Shown: in pieces, positions 8,836 through 17,910 of the stretch | Layout of the letters: every line of letters begins with the position of its first letter | Position numbering within the stretch: position 1 is the first letter of the stretch | NCBI RefSeq assembly: GCF_047602085.1 | Contig: NZ_JASGID010000007.1 | Coordinates: 397,388 to 461,387, forward strand | DNA: 64,000 nt | Direction of reading: 5' to 3' | From: Micropruina sp. | GTDB taxonomy: Bacteria; Actinomycetota; Actinomycetes; Propionibacteriales; Propionibacteriaceae | The notes under the pieces: model-generated | Seen by the model: the letters and a program-made list of their open reading frames with translations, nothing else | Told to the model about the DNA's origin: nothing | Databases searched by the model: none | Made by a program: the position numbers and the translations under genes

Positions 8836-8900
8836 CATACTTTCGGCTGGGACGGGCATCCTTTCGACTGACCTGGGCCAGCCCGCCACGCCGGTAGATT
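8836..8900 (+). promoter_or_regulatory. Direct-repeat operator plus -10 of the sensor kinase gene
   Basis: CATACTTTCGGCTG (8836-8849) and CATCCTTTCGACTG (8857-8870), 21-bp period; TAGATT 8895-8900 lies 7 nt before GTG 8908. Confidence 0.5.
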
Positions 8901-8907
8901 GCGCCGG

Positions 8908-10080
8908 GTGAGCATTCTGCGCCGAACCCGGACGCCGGCGCTGCTGGCCGGGATCGCCCTGCTGGGGGCCCTGGCGCAAGTGGTCGCGTGGATGACGGCC
9001 TATCCCGATTTGGCGCAGCTACCGGACGCCGAGTTTGAGCCGATCGCGGTGCGCATGCTCGGGGAGGTGGTGCTGGGGCTGCTGGTGATCGCGCTGCTGC
9101 CGCTGGTGATCGGGGCACGGGCCCGGCCAGGAACCCGCGCGGGCGTCGCCGCCCTGGCCATCATCTGTGCGGCGGCGGCATCCACGTTCGCCGTGCCGGT
9201 CGCCCTGGTCTCGCTGGGTGCGGTGGCTGCCTGGCGTCGCCGCGGCTGGCTGATCGCGGCCGGGGCGGCCTGGGTTGCGATGCTGCTTCCGATCGCCGCA
9301 GCCGACCCGGACGGCTGGCTGAGCCTCGCCTCGGGGGGCTTGGTGGGAGCGGTCGTCGTGCTGGTCGGCCTGTCGCTGGGGCGCCGGAGCGAGTTGCTGG
9401 TGTCCCTTCGCGACCGGGCGGAGGCGGTGGAGCGCGAACAGGCCGCGGTTGTCGCCGGCACCCGGCTCGCCGAGCGAACCCGGATTGCCCGCGAGATGCA
9501 CGACACGCTCTCGCACCGTCTGTCGCTGATCTCGCTGCACGCCGGTGGGCTGGCGGTGCACCCCGACGCCGGACCCGTCCGGGTCGAAGAGGCTGCCCGG
9601 CTGATTCAGCAGGTGGCCCAGACGGCGGCCGAGGAACTGCATGCCTCGCTCACCGTGCTGCGTGACGATCAGCACGACGTCCGGCCCGACGTGACCCTGG
9701 CCGACCTGACAGTGGCCGACGGGCAGGGGTTCGCAGCCGTACCAGGAGCGGACGTCCGGCTCAGTTTCGACCCGGCCCTCGCCGGACAGCTCGAAACGCT
9801 CGCACCGTCGGCATCGCGGGCGCTCGCCCGGGTCGTCACCGAAGGAATAGCCAACGGGGTCAAGCATGCCCCCGGACAGATCGTCACCCTCACCGTCACC
9901 GGGCTACCGGGTGAGTGGGCGCAGGTGGAGGTCCGCAATCGGCTCGGCGCCGGGTCAGCGCTGGCCGGCGGCTACGGCTTGATCGGGTTGCGCGAACGTA
10001 TCGAACTCGCCGGGGGCCAGTTGGACGCCGACCGCCAAGACGGCGACTTCGTACTGCGAGCATGGCTGCCATGGACCTGA
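8908..10080 (+). CDS. Membrane sensor histidine kinase (HisKA_3/NarQ type)
   Basis: ERTRIAREMHDTLSHRLSLISLHAG, EGIANGVKHA, GGYGLIGLRER; several N-terminal TM helices. Confidence 0.93.
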   Translation: MSILRRTRTPALLAGIALLGALAQVVAWMTAYPDLAQLPDAEFEPIAVRMLGEVVLGLLVIALLPLVIGARARPGTRAGVAALAIICAAAASTFAVPVALVSLGAVAAWRRRGWLIAAGAAWVAMLLPIAAADPDGWLSLASGGLVGAVVVLVGLSLGRRSELLVSLRDRAEAVEREQAAVVAGTRLAERTRIAREMHDTLSHRLSLISLHAGGLAVHPDAGPVRVEEAARLIQQVAQTAAEELHASLTVLRDDQHDVRPDVTLADLTVADGQGFAAVPGADVRLSFDPALAGQLETLAPSASRALARVVTEGIANGVKHAPGQIVTLTVTGLPGEWAQVEVRNRLGAGSALAGGYGLIGLRERIELAGGQLDADRQDGDFVLRAWLPWT

Positions 10081-10730
10081 GCACGCCCCCCACCGTCGGC
10101 ACCCTGTTGGTCGATGACGAGCCGCTGATTCGGGCCGGACTACGCCTGATCTTGGACGGTACGCCCGGCATCGAGGTGGTCGGCGAGGCCGGTGACGGAC
10201 GGGCCGGTGTGCAGGCGGTGGCGTCACTGCGACCCCAGGTGGTGTTGATGGACCTGCGCATGCCGGTTCTGGACGGGATCGCCGCAACTCGCGCGATCGT
10301 CGCCGCAGGGCACACAGCAGCGGTGGTGGCGCTCACCTCGTTCGACACCGAGGGGTTCATCGCCGATGCGCTCGAGGCCGGTGCCCAGGGATTTCTGCTC
10401 AAAAGCGCCCCGCCGGAGGAACTGATCGACGCGGTTCGGCAGGCGGCGGCCGGCGCGATGCCGTTCAGCCCGGCCGTGCTGCGCCGGGTCACCCAGTTGG
10501 CCGCTCGCGCGCCGCGGCCACCAGGCAGCGACCCGCTTGCCGAACTGAGCGATCGGGAACGCGAGGTCGCCCTGCTGATCGCTGACGGCCTCAGCAACCA
10601 AGAAATCGCCGACCGGCTCTACCTGTCGCTGCCGACAGTGAAGACCTATGTGGGTCGGCTGCTGGGCAAGCTTGCCGCGACCAACCGTGTGCAGATCGCT
10701 CTCGCCGTGCAACGAGCGTCGCTGGGCTGA
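10071..10730 (+). CDS. Response regulator, NarL/LuxR family
   Basis: LLVDDEPLIRAG, VVLMDLRMPVLDG, LTSFD, FLLKS; C-terminal LSDREREV...GLSNQEIADRLYLS..TVKTYV. ATG 10071 overlaps the kinase end. Confidence 0.95.
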   Translation: MDLSTPPTVGTLLVDDEPLIRAGLRLILDGTPGIEVVGEAGDGRAGVQAVASLRPQVVLMDLRMPVLDGIAATRAIVAAGHTAAVVALTSFDTEGFIADALEAGAQGFLLKSAPPEELIDAVRQAAAGAMPFSPAVLRRVTQLAARAPRPPGSDPLAELSDREREVALLIADGLSNQEIADRLYLSLPTVKTYVGRLLGKLAATNRVQIALAVQRASLG

Positions 10731-10743
10731 AGCATTCGACCAG

Positions 10744-10790
10744 CAGCCGACGGGGCCCCGACCTGGGCAAGGTCGGGGCCCCGTCGGCTG
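10744..10790. terminator. Perfect 21-bp hairpin between convergent response regulator and cspA
   Basis: CAGCCGACGGGGCCCCGACCT-gggca-AGGTCGGGGCCCCGTCGGCTG. Confidence 0.85.
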
Positions 10791-10809
10791 ACTGGGTTCG
10801 GTTCTGACG

Positions 10810-11013
10810 TCAGAGAGGTCTGACCTGATCGGCCTGCGGGCCCTTCGGCCCGGTGGTGATCTCGAACTCCACCTTCTGACCCTCGGTGAGGGTGCGGAAG
10901 CCGTGTGCATCGATCGCCGTGTGATGCACGAACACGTCCTGCGTGCCGCCGTCGACCTCAATGAAGCCGTAGCCCTTCTCGGCACTGAACCACTTGACGG
11001 TTCCCTGCGCCAT
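10810..11013 (-). CDS. cspA: Cold-shock protein
   Basis: [18 protein letters not shown]...DVFVHHTAI...[12 protein letters not shown]...GPKGPQA; SD GGGAG. Confidence 0.97.
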   Translation of the reverse strand: MAQGTVKWFSAEKGYGFIEVDGGTQDVFVHHTAIDAHGFRTLTEGQKVEFEITTGPKGPQADQVRPL

Positions 11014-11187
11014 GGAATTCTCCCTCTGCTACCTCGGTGATCCTCTCGGGCGGATCAAAGGACGCTGCCGCTCGAGCTGTCCGGTGACCGATGGCCACCG
11101 TCGCAGCAGCGCTGTAAACCCTGTCACACTCGTGCGACACCTGTCACTCACGCGGGTGCCACGCGGTGCGTGTCGTCGAACCGGAAT

Positions 11188-11209
11188 TGTCGGTGCCGGA
11201 TGATTGCAT
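11188..11209 (+). promoter_or_regulatory. PafBC-type (RecA-NDp) promoter of adnAB, one mismatch
   Basis: TGTCGG-N10-TTGCAT; ATG 11216 lies 6 nt downstream (leaderless spacing). Confidence 0.55.
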
Positions 11210-11215
11210 GAGGGC

Positions 11216-14200
11216 ATGGAGCGAATCGGCGAGCTGCCCCCTTCGTGGGGGCTGAGTGGGCAGCAGCGTGCCGCCGTCGAGGGGTTCCGCAGCGGCCCGG
11301 TCCTGGTGGTCGGGCCGCCCGGCTCGGGCAAGACCACGGTGGTGGCGGCCGCGGCGGCCCTCGAACTCGGCTCCCGGCCCGTCGACGGTGCCGAGCCGCT
11401 GGTGCTCACCTTTTCGCGCCGGGCGGCCAGCGAACTGCGCAACACGGTGGCGCGGGCGATGAATCGCACGGTGAGCCCGCCGTGGGTCACCACCCTGCAC
11501 GCGTTCTGCCTGTGGCTGCTGCGGCTGGCGGCCGAGCCAGGGCAACCCGAGCCGCGGCTGCTCACCGCCCCCGAGCAGGAGTTCCGGGTGCGCGAACTGC
11601 TCACCGGACGGGGGGCCCTGGCCTGGCCGGCCGACACGCGGCAGGCGATCGGCACCCGGGCCTTCGCCCGCCAGGTGCGGGGGGCGATCGCGCGGGTGCG
11701 GCAACTGGGGCTCGACCCCGACGACGTGGTGGCGTTCGGCGCGGCAGCGGGGCGGCCCGAGTGGGTAAGTGCCGGGCATTTCTTCGCCGAGTATCTCGAT
11801 GTGCTCGATCACGAGGGCAGCCTCGACTACGCCGAACTGGTGCACCGGGCCCGCATCGCGCTGACCGACGCCGAACTCGTCCGAGTGGTGCGGGCCAGGG
11901 TCTCGCGGGTGATCGTCGACGAGTACGGCGAGCTTGACCCGGCCCAGATCGGCCTGCTGCGCGCGCTGGTGCCGACGGGCGGGCCGATTCTGGCCGTCGG
12001 TGACCCCGACCAGGTGGTGTTCCGGTTTCGCGGTGCCCACCCGCGGGCGCTGGCCGAGTTTGGCTCTACCTTCGCCACCGCAATGGGCGAGCCGGCGCCA
12101 GTGGTGGTGCTGCACGGCAGTCACCGGGCGAGCGCAGCGGTGGCGGACGCGGTCGGCCGGGTGGCACGTCGGCTGCCGCTGCCGGTGCTGGGTGACGAGG
12201 CGGCGTCCGCGCTGCGTCCGGTGCCGGTGGGTGGTCCGGCGCGAGGGGGCGAGCCGGGGCAGCGGGGCGAGCCAGGGTTGGGGGGTGTCTCGGGGCCGGG
12301 CAGCGAACCCGGGCCGCAGGTGCAGGCCGTGGTGTGCGCGTCGGAGTCGGAACAGGCCCAGTTGATCGCCGAACAGTTGCGCCGGGCGCACCTCGACGAC
12401 GGTTTCGAGCACGGCGACCTGGCCGTTCTGGTGCGTTCCGGTCGGCGCCAGATCGCCCCGATCGCGCGGGCCCTGGTGGCGGCGGGCATTCCGGTCGAAG
12501 TGGCCGGTGACGAGATTCCGCTGCTGGCCGAACCGGCGGTGCGGCCCCTGCTGCTGGCGCTGGAGGTGGTGCTGCGGGGTGCCGAACTCGACGCCGACGA
12601 GGCCAAACGCCTGCTCACCTCGCCGCTGGCCCAGCTCGACGCCGTGGGGCTGCGCAGTCTGGGCAGGCTGTTGCTCGACGCCGAGCGCGCGGCCACCGGG
12701 TCGGCCATCGTCGGCCGCTCACCCGGCCAGTTGATCGCCGACGCGCTCAGCGAACCCGAGCGGCTGGCCGGGCTGCCCGACACCCCCGAGGTGGGTGCGG
12801 TGCGGGCACTGGCGGGGCTGCTCGGGGCGGCGGGCCGCGCGCTGGCGGTGCCCGGTAACGGCGCCGCCGAGGTGCTGTGGACGCTGTGGTCGGGCACCGA
12901 CTGGGGGCAGCGGTTGCGGCGCTCCAGCCGTGACGGCGGCGAGGCCGGACGGCGGGCCGACCGCGACCTCGACGCGGTGATCGCGTTGTTCGCCGCCGCG
13001 GCGGCTACCGAGCAGCCGGCCGGAACGGGCGGTGTCCGGGGGTTTCTGGCCGAGGTGGCGGCGCAGGAGATTCCGGCCGACACCACGCGCGAGGCCGAGG
13101 TGCGCGGGCGCGGCGTCCGGTTGCTGACCGCGCATCGGGCCAAGGGCTTGGAGTGGGCCGTGGTGGTGGTGGCCGGCGTGCAAGAGGGCCTCTGGCCCGC
13201 GCCGGGCCAGGGCGGCGCGATTCTCGACCCGGGCGAGCTGGTCAGTGACGGCCTGATCGGCCGGCCCGATCTGCGCGAAAGCCTGGCCGATGAGCGCCGG
13301 CTGTTCCACCTGGCCTGCAGCCGGGCCAGGCAGCGGCTGATCGTCACCGCCGTGCAGGGCTCCGACGGCGAGGCCAACCAGCCGTCCCGGTTCATCGCCG
13401 AGCTGGGGGTGCCGGTCACCGAATACACGCCGAGCGCCCGCCCGCTCACCCTGCCCGCTCTGGTCGCCCAACTGCGCCGCCGGGCGACCAGCGTGGAGTG
13501 CTCGGCGGCGCTGCGCGAGGCGGCCGCGCTGCGCCTTGCCCGGCTGGCGGCGCTGACCGATGCCCACGGGCGTCCACTGGCGGCCGAAGCACAGCCGGCC
13601 CGTTGGTGGGGGCTGGCCGAACCCACCGGCGGGGCTCGTCCGGCGGCAGCACCGGTGCGGCTCAGCCCCTCGTCGCTCACCGCCCTGCTCACCTGCCCGC
13701 GCCAGCACTACCTGACCCGGCAGGTGCGCGCCGACCCGCCGCGCAACGCGAACGCGAGCCTGGGGTCGGTGATTCACGTGCTGGCCGAACACGCCCGCAA
13801 CGACGACCTGACCCTGGCCGAGCTGACCGATCAACTCGATGAGGTGTGGTCGCAGCTACCGTTTGACGCTGCCTGGCTGTCGCAGGCCGAGCGTGCCAAC
13901 GCCGAAGACGCGCTGGCCCGGTTCGTCAACTGGCAGCAGCACAACCTCCACGCCGACGTGCTCGGGGTAGAGGTTGCCTTCGACGTGCAACTCGACCTCG
14001 ACGGCACCCCGGTGCAACTTGTCGGCACTGTCGACCGGCTGGAGCGGGCAGCCGATGGACGGCTGCGGGTGGTCGACTTCAAGACCAATAAGCGCGCCAT
14101 CACGGCTGCCGCGGTCGCCGCTCACGAGCAGCTCGGGGTATACCAACTGGCCATCGAGGCAGGGGGCTTCGCCAGCCTGGCCGGGCCGGGGGCGAGCAGC

Positions 14201-14470
14201 GCCGGGGCGTCGCTGGTGTTTCTGCGGTTGCCGGCCGGCAACGATCTGGACGACTACCCGAAGGAGTACCACCAGGCGGCGCTCAGCGAGCGCCCGCACC
14301 TGGCCGACGACGACGCCGAACACCCCAGTTGGGTGCATGAGCGGCTGGCCCGCGCCGTGGCAATCGTGCGCCAGGGCAGCTACCCGGCCACCCCGGGCGC
14401 GGGCTGCGGCCACTGCCCGTTTCAGGCCAGTTGCCCCGCCAAGCCGTCCGGACGGCAGGTGGTCGGGTGA
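11216..14470 (+). CDS. adnA: AdnA ATP-dependent helicase-nuclease subunit
   Basis: UvrD-like GPPGSGKTT, VGDPDQ, LLTAHRAKGLEW, ERRLFHLACSRA; C-terminal PD-(D/E)xK nuclease (GTVDRL...VVDFKT, QLGVY) with Fe-S cysteines (TCPRQ...CGHCPFQASC). Confidence 0.9.
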   Translation: MERIGELPPSWGLSGQQRAAVEGFRSGPVLVVGPPGSGKTTVVAAAAALELGSRPVDGAEPLVLTFSRRAASELRNTVARAMNRTVSPPWVTTLHAFCLWLLRLAAEPGQPEPRLLTAPEQEFRVRELLTGRGALAWPADTRQAIGTRAFARQVRGAIARVRQLGLDPDDVVAFGAAAGRPEWVSAGHFFAEYLDVLDHEGSLDYAELVHRARIALTDAELVRVVRARVSRVIVDEYGELDPAQIGLLRALVPTGGPILAVGDPDQVVFRFRGAHPRALAEFGSTFATAMGEPAPVVVLHGSHRASAAVADAVGRVARRLPLPVLGDEAASALRPVPVGGPARGGEPGQRGEPGLGGVSGPGSEPGPQVQAVVCASESEQAQLIAEQLRRAHLDDGFEHGDLAVLVRSGRRQIAPIARALVAAGIPVEVAGDEIPLLAEPAVRPLLLALEVVLRGAELDADEAKRLLTSPLAQLDAVGLRSLGRLLLDAERAATGSAIVGRSPGQLIADALSEPERLAGLPDTPEVGAVRALAGLLGAAGRALAVPGNGAAEVLWTLWSGTDWGQRLRRSSRDGGEAGRRADRDLDAVIALFAAAAATEQPAGTGGVRGFLAEVAAQEIPADTTREAEVRGRGVRLLTAHRAKGLEWAVVVVAGVQEGLWPAPGQGGAILDPGELVSDGLIGRPDLRESLADERRLFHLACSRARQRLIVTAVQGSDGEANQPSRFIAELGVPVTEYTPSARPLTLPALVAQLRRRATSVECSAALREAAALRLARLAALTDAHGRPLAAEAQPARWWGLAEPTGGARPAAAPVRLSPSSLTALLTCPRQHYLTRQVRADPPRNANASLGSVIHVLAEHARNDDLTLAELTDQLDEVWSQLPFDAAWLSQAERANAEDALARFVNWQQHNLHADVLGVEVAFDVQLDLDGTPVQLVGTVDRLERAADGRLRVVDFKTNKRAITAAAVAAHEQLGVYQLAIEAGGFASLAGPGASSAGASLVFLRLPAGNDLDDYPKEYHQAALSERPHLADDDAEHPSWVHERLARAVAIVRQGSYPATPGAGCGHCPFQASCPAKPSGRQVVG

Positions 14471-17400
14471 GCGCCCTCACCGCACCCGAGCAGCTCAGCG
14501 AGGTGCTCGAACTGCCATTCTCAGACCAGCAACTGGCCGCCATCACGGCACCGCTGCAGCCCGGGGTGATCATCGCCGGCGCCGGCTCGGGTAAAACCAC
14601 GGTGATGGCGGCTCGGGTGGTGTGGCTGGTCGGCAGCGGTCAGGTCACCCCTGAACAGGTGCTCGGGCTCACCTTCACCCGCAAGGCCGCCGCCGAATTG
14701 TCGGGTCGGGTGCGCTCGGCGCTGCAGCGAGCCGGGGTGGTCGACACCGCCGGCGTCGACGAGGCCGGCGAGCAACTGGTGCTCACCTACGACGCGTTCG
14801 CCGCCCGGCTGGTCAGCGAGCACGGGCTGCGCATCGGGGTCGAGAGCGACCCGGTGATGATCACCGGGGCGTCGCGCTACCGGCTGGCCGCCCGGGTGGT
14901 CACCAACGCGGCGGGGCCGTTCGAGCACCTGTCGGGCTTCGTGCCGGCAACGCTGACCGAACGGCTGCTCAAGCTTGACGCCGAGCTCACCTCACATCTG
15001 GTGACGTCGCAACAGGTTGGTGCACACGCCAGGGACTATCTGTCGGCGCTCGCCGAGGCCCCGCTGAACCGGTCTGGGCGCGAATACGTCTCGGTGCGCG
15101 CGGCCCGCGCCACCGCCGAACAGCGTCTCGAACTGCTGGGCCTCGCCAGCGCCTACGCAGACCTCAAGCGCCGGCTCGGCTACGTGGAGTTCGCCGACCA
15201 GATGGCGGTGGCGGCGCGGCTCGCCGAACAGGTGCCGGCGGTCTCGGGGCTACTGCGGCAACAGTTTCGGGTGGTGCTCCTCGATGAGTACCAAGACACC
15301 TCGTCGGCCCAGGCCGCCCTGTTGCGGGCGTTGTTCTCGGGTCCGGACGCCGCGCACGGCCGCGGCCACGCGGTCACCGCGGTGGGCGACCCGCACCAGG
15401 CCATCTACGGCTGGCGCGGGGCCGCGGCCAGCAACATTCTGCAGTTCGCGCACGACTTTCCCACCGCCGAAGGACTGCCCGCGGCGGCGTTCGCGCTGAG
15501 CGTGAACCGGCGCTCGGGGCCGATGATTCTGGCCGCGGCCAACGATCTGGCTGCCGGGCTGCGGGCCGACCCCCTGCTGGGCGGCGAATCGCTGGAGCTG
15601 ACCGCGCCGCCCGGCACGCCGCCCGGAGCCGTCGAGGTGGCCTCGTTTCAGACCTGGCCTGACGAGGTGCGATTCATCGGCGAGCGCATCGTGGCGCTGC
15701 ACGATTCGGGCGGGGTCGCGTCCTGGGCCGACGTTGCGGTGCTGGTCAGACGCAATGCGCAGATTCCCGCGGTGTACGCCGACCTGCTGGCCCGCGACGT
15801 ACCGGTCGAGATCGTTGGGCTGGGTGGCCTGCTGGAGCTGCCCGAGATCGTCGAGGTCTGCTCGGTGCTGGCGTTGCTCGACGACGTGAGTGCCAACCCG
15901 GCTGCTGTGAGGCTGCTCACCTCGGCGCGCTGGGCGATCGGCATCGGCGACCTGGCCCTGCTCGGACGGCGCGCCGCCGACCTGGCGCGGCACGAGCCCG
16001 GGCCGCGGGCCGGCGACCTGGTGGACGATCTGGGTCGAGCGCTGTCGAGCACCGATGCGGTCGCCACACCCAGCCTGCTGGAGGCGCTGCACGACCCGGG
16101 CGACCTGCCCTACAGCGCCGCCGCCCGGGACCGATTCGGCCGGTTGGCGACAGAGCTTGCCGGCCTTCGGGGGCATGCCGGCGAGCCGGTGCTCGACCTG
16201 GTGCGGCGGGTGGTGGCCACCCTGGGGCTGGAGGCCGAGCTGGCTGCAGCGGGGTCGTCCGGGGCTCAACTGGGCGCCTTCACCGACGCCGTGGCCGCTT
16301 ACTGCGACGTGGACGGTGAGGCCTCCCTGGGCGGGCTGCTGGCCTATCTCGACGTGGAGCGGGAGCACGGCGTGGGCCTCGACCAAGCGGTGGCCACCGA
16401 CGCCGACTCGGTCAAGCTGCTGACGGTGCACCGCGCCAAGGGCCTGGAGTGGCAGGCGGTGTTTCTGCCTGGCATGGCCGAGAAGGTGTTCCCCAACGAC
16501 CGGGTGAGCGACAACTGGGTGACCAACGCCGGGGCGTTGCCGGCCGAACTGCGTGGCGACGCGAATGCGGTGCCGCAACTGGATGAGGTCTCCGACGCCG
16601 GGTTCAAGCAGCACGCCGCCGCCTTGAAACGGCAGGCGCGGCACGCCGAAGACCGGCTGGCCTACGTGGCGGTCACCCGGGCCAAGCGGTTGCTGGTGGC
16701 CAGCACCCACACCTGGGCAGGGGAGCTGACCACACCGCGAGTGCCGTCGCCCTACCTCAACGTGATCGCCCGGCAGGGCCGGGTGGTGGCCGAGGCGCCG
16801 CCGACCACCGGTGAGAACCCGCTGGCCGGGGCAGGTTCGGCGCTGGCCTGGCCGGTGCCGGGTGACCCCGAGCTGCGTGAGCGCCGGGCACGACTGGCGC
16901 AGCAGGTGCAGCATGCCGCCGAACTCCTGGTGCCGGTGGAGCCCCCCGGTCTGTCGCCCGACGAACGAGCCGAGGCGGCGCTCTGGGACGACGATCTGGA
17001 GCGGCTGGTCGCGGCGGCGGTCGACTCGGTGGCACCGGCGCGTCCGGCATACCTGTCGGCGACCGGGTTGGGGCGGCTGACCCGTGACCCGGACGGCTTT
17101 CTGGCCGAGTCGGGCCGTCCGATGCCGCAGCGTCCGGTGGCCGCCCAGCGCCTGGGCGCACGGTTTCACCGCTGGCTGGAGCAACGGTTCGCGCTGGCGC
17201 CGTCGCTCGACCTCGACCCGGGGCAGGAACCGCCTGACGACCCCCACTTCGCCAACCTCAGCGCGGCGTTCGAACGCGGCCAGTTCGCCACCCGCCGTCC
17301 GCTGGGCGTTGAGGTGCCGTTCAGCATGATGGTGGCCGGCACGATCGTGCGGGGCCGCATCGACGCCGTGTTCACCGACGGCGAGGGCTATCTGGTGGTC

Positions 17401-17610
17401 GACTGGAAGACCGGCGACGTGACCCGGGCCGATCCGATTCAGTTGGCCGTCTACCGCCAGGCCTGGGCCGAACTGGCAGGGGTACCGATGGAGCGGGTGC
17501 GGGCCGGGTTCTTCGACATCATCGCCGACCGGCTGGTGCTGCCGCCGGTGTTGCCGGCGGAATCGGAGTGGGCCAGCGCGGTGGGGCGGTTGAACAGATC
17601 CCGTAGCTGA
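14467..17610 (+). CDS. adnB: AdnB ATP-dependent helicase-nuclease subunit
   Basis: AGAGSGKT, LLDEYQDT, VGDPHQAIYGWRGA, LLTVHRAKGLEW, RLAYVAVTRAK, nuclease GRIDAVF...VDWKTG; GTG 14467 overlaps the adnA stop. Confidence 0.92.
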   Translation: MSALTAPEQLSEVLELPFSDQQLAAITAPLQPGVIIAGAGSGKTTVMAARVVWLVGSGQVTPEQVLGLTFTRKAAAELSGRVRSALQRAGVVDTAGVDEAGEQLVLTYDAFAARLVSEHGLRIGVESDPVMITGASRYRLAARVVTNAAGPFEHLSGFVPATLTERLLKLDAELTSHLVTSQQVGAHARDYLSALAEAPLNRSGREYVSVRAARATAEQRLELLGLASAYADLKRRLGYVEFADQMAVAARLAEQVPAVSGLLRQQFRVVLLDEYQDTSSAQAALLRALFSGPDAAHGRGHAVTAVGDPHQAIYGWRGAAASNILQFAHDFPTAEGLPAAAFALSVNRRSGPMILAAANDLAAGLRADPLLGGESLELTAPPGTPPGAVEVASFQTWPDEVRFIGERIVALHDSGGVASWADVAVLVRRNAQIPAVYADLLARDVPVEIVGLGGLLELPEIVEVCSVLALLDDVSANPAAVRLLTSARWAIGIGDLALLGRRAADLARHEPGPRAGDLVDDLGRALSSTDAVATPSLLEALHDPGDLPYSAAARDRFGRLATELAGLRGHAGEPVLDLVRRVVATLGLEAELAAAGSSGAQLGAFTDAVAAYCDVDGEASLGGLLAYLDVEREHGVGLDQAVATDADSVKLLTVHRAKGLEWQAVFLPGMAEKVFPNDRVSDNWVTNAGALPAELRGDANAVPQLDEVSDAGFKQHAAALKRQARHAEDRLAYVAVTRAKRLLVASTHTWAGELTTPRVPSPYLNVIARQGRVVAEAPPTTGENPLAGAGSALAWPVPGDPELRERRARLAQQVQHAAELLVPVEPPGLSPDERAEAALWDDDLERLVAAAVDSVAPARPAYLSATGLGRLTRDPDGFLAESGRPMPQRPVAAQRLGARFHRWLEQRFALAPSLDLDPGQEPPDDPHFANLSAAFERGQFATRRPLGVEVPFSMMVAGTIVRGRIDAVFTDGEGYLVVDWKTGDVTRADPIQLAVYRQAWAELAGVPMERVRAGFFDIIADRLVLPPVLPAESEWASAVGRLNRSRS

Positions 17611-17702
17611 GCGAACGCGGTGAAATAGCTTGCCACGGAGGTGTCGGTGAGACCCACGATCGTCGGCGTTTGCCTGGCGAGGCGCTGATCGCAACCACTG
17701 TT

Positions 17703-17910
17703 CGTTGAGCGTGTCGAAACCTCGCGCCGGGGACGTAGTTCTGGGGTCTCGACAGGCTCGACCGGCGGGGGTTCGTGTTGGTTGAGGGTGTCGAAACCTC
17801 GCGCCGGGGACGTAGTTCTGGGGTCGCGACAGGCTCGACCGGCGAGAATCGGCGCCTTTCCAGGCAAGCGCTGATCAACGCGACCAGCAGTGGTTTCGAC
17901 AAGCTCAACC
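17703..17910. repeat. REP cluster: two tandem inverted doublets (77-bp period) plus one singlet
   Basis: GTTGAGCGTGTCGAAACC-spacer-GGTCTCGACAGGCTCGACC unit seen twice (matching positions 17711 and 17788); GGTTTCGACAAGCTCAACC at 17892-17910. Confidence 0.88.

Noticed and set aside
11176-11191. LexA SOS box upstream of adnA
   Set aside because: Only the half-site TCGAAC is present; the other half (ATTGTC) does not match GTTCGA.
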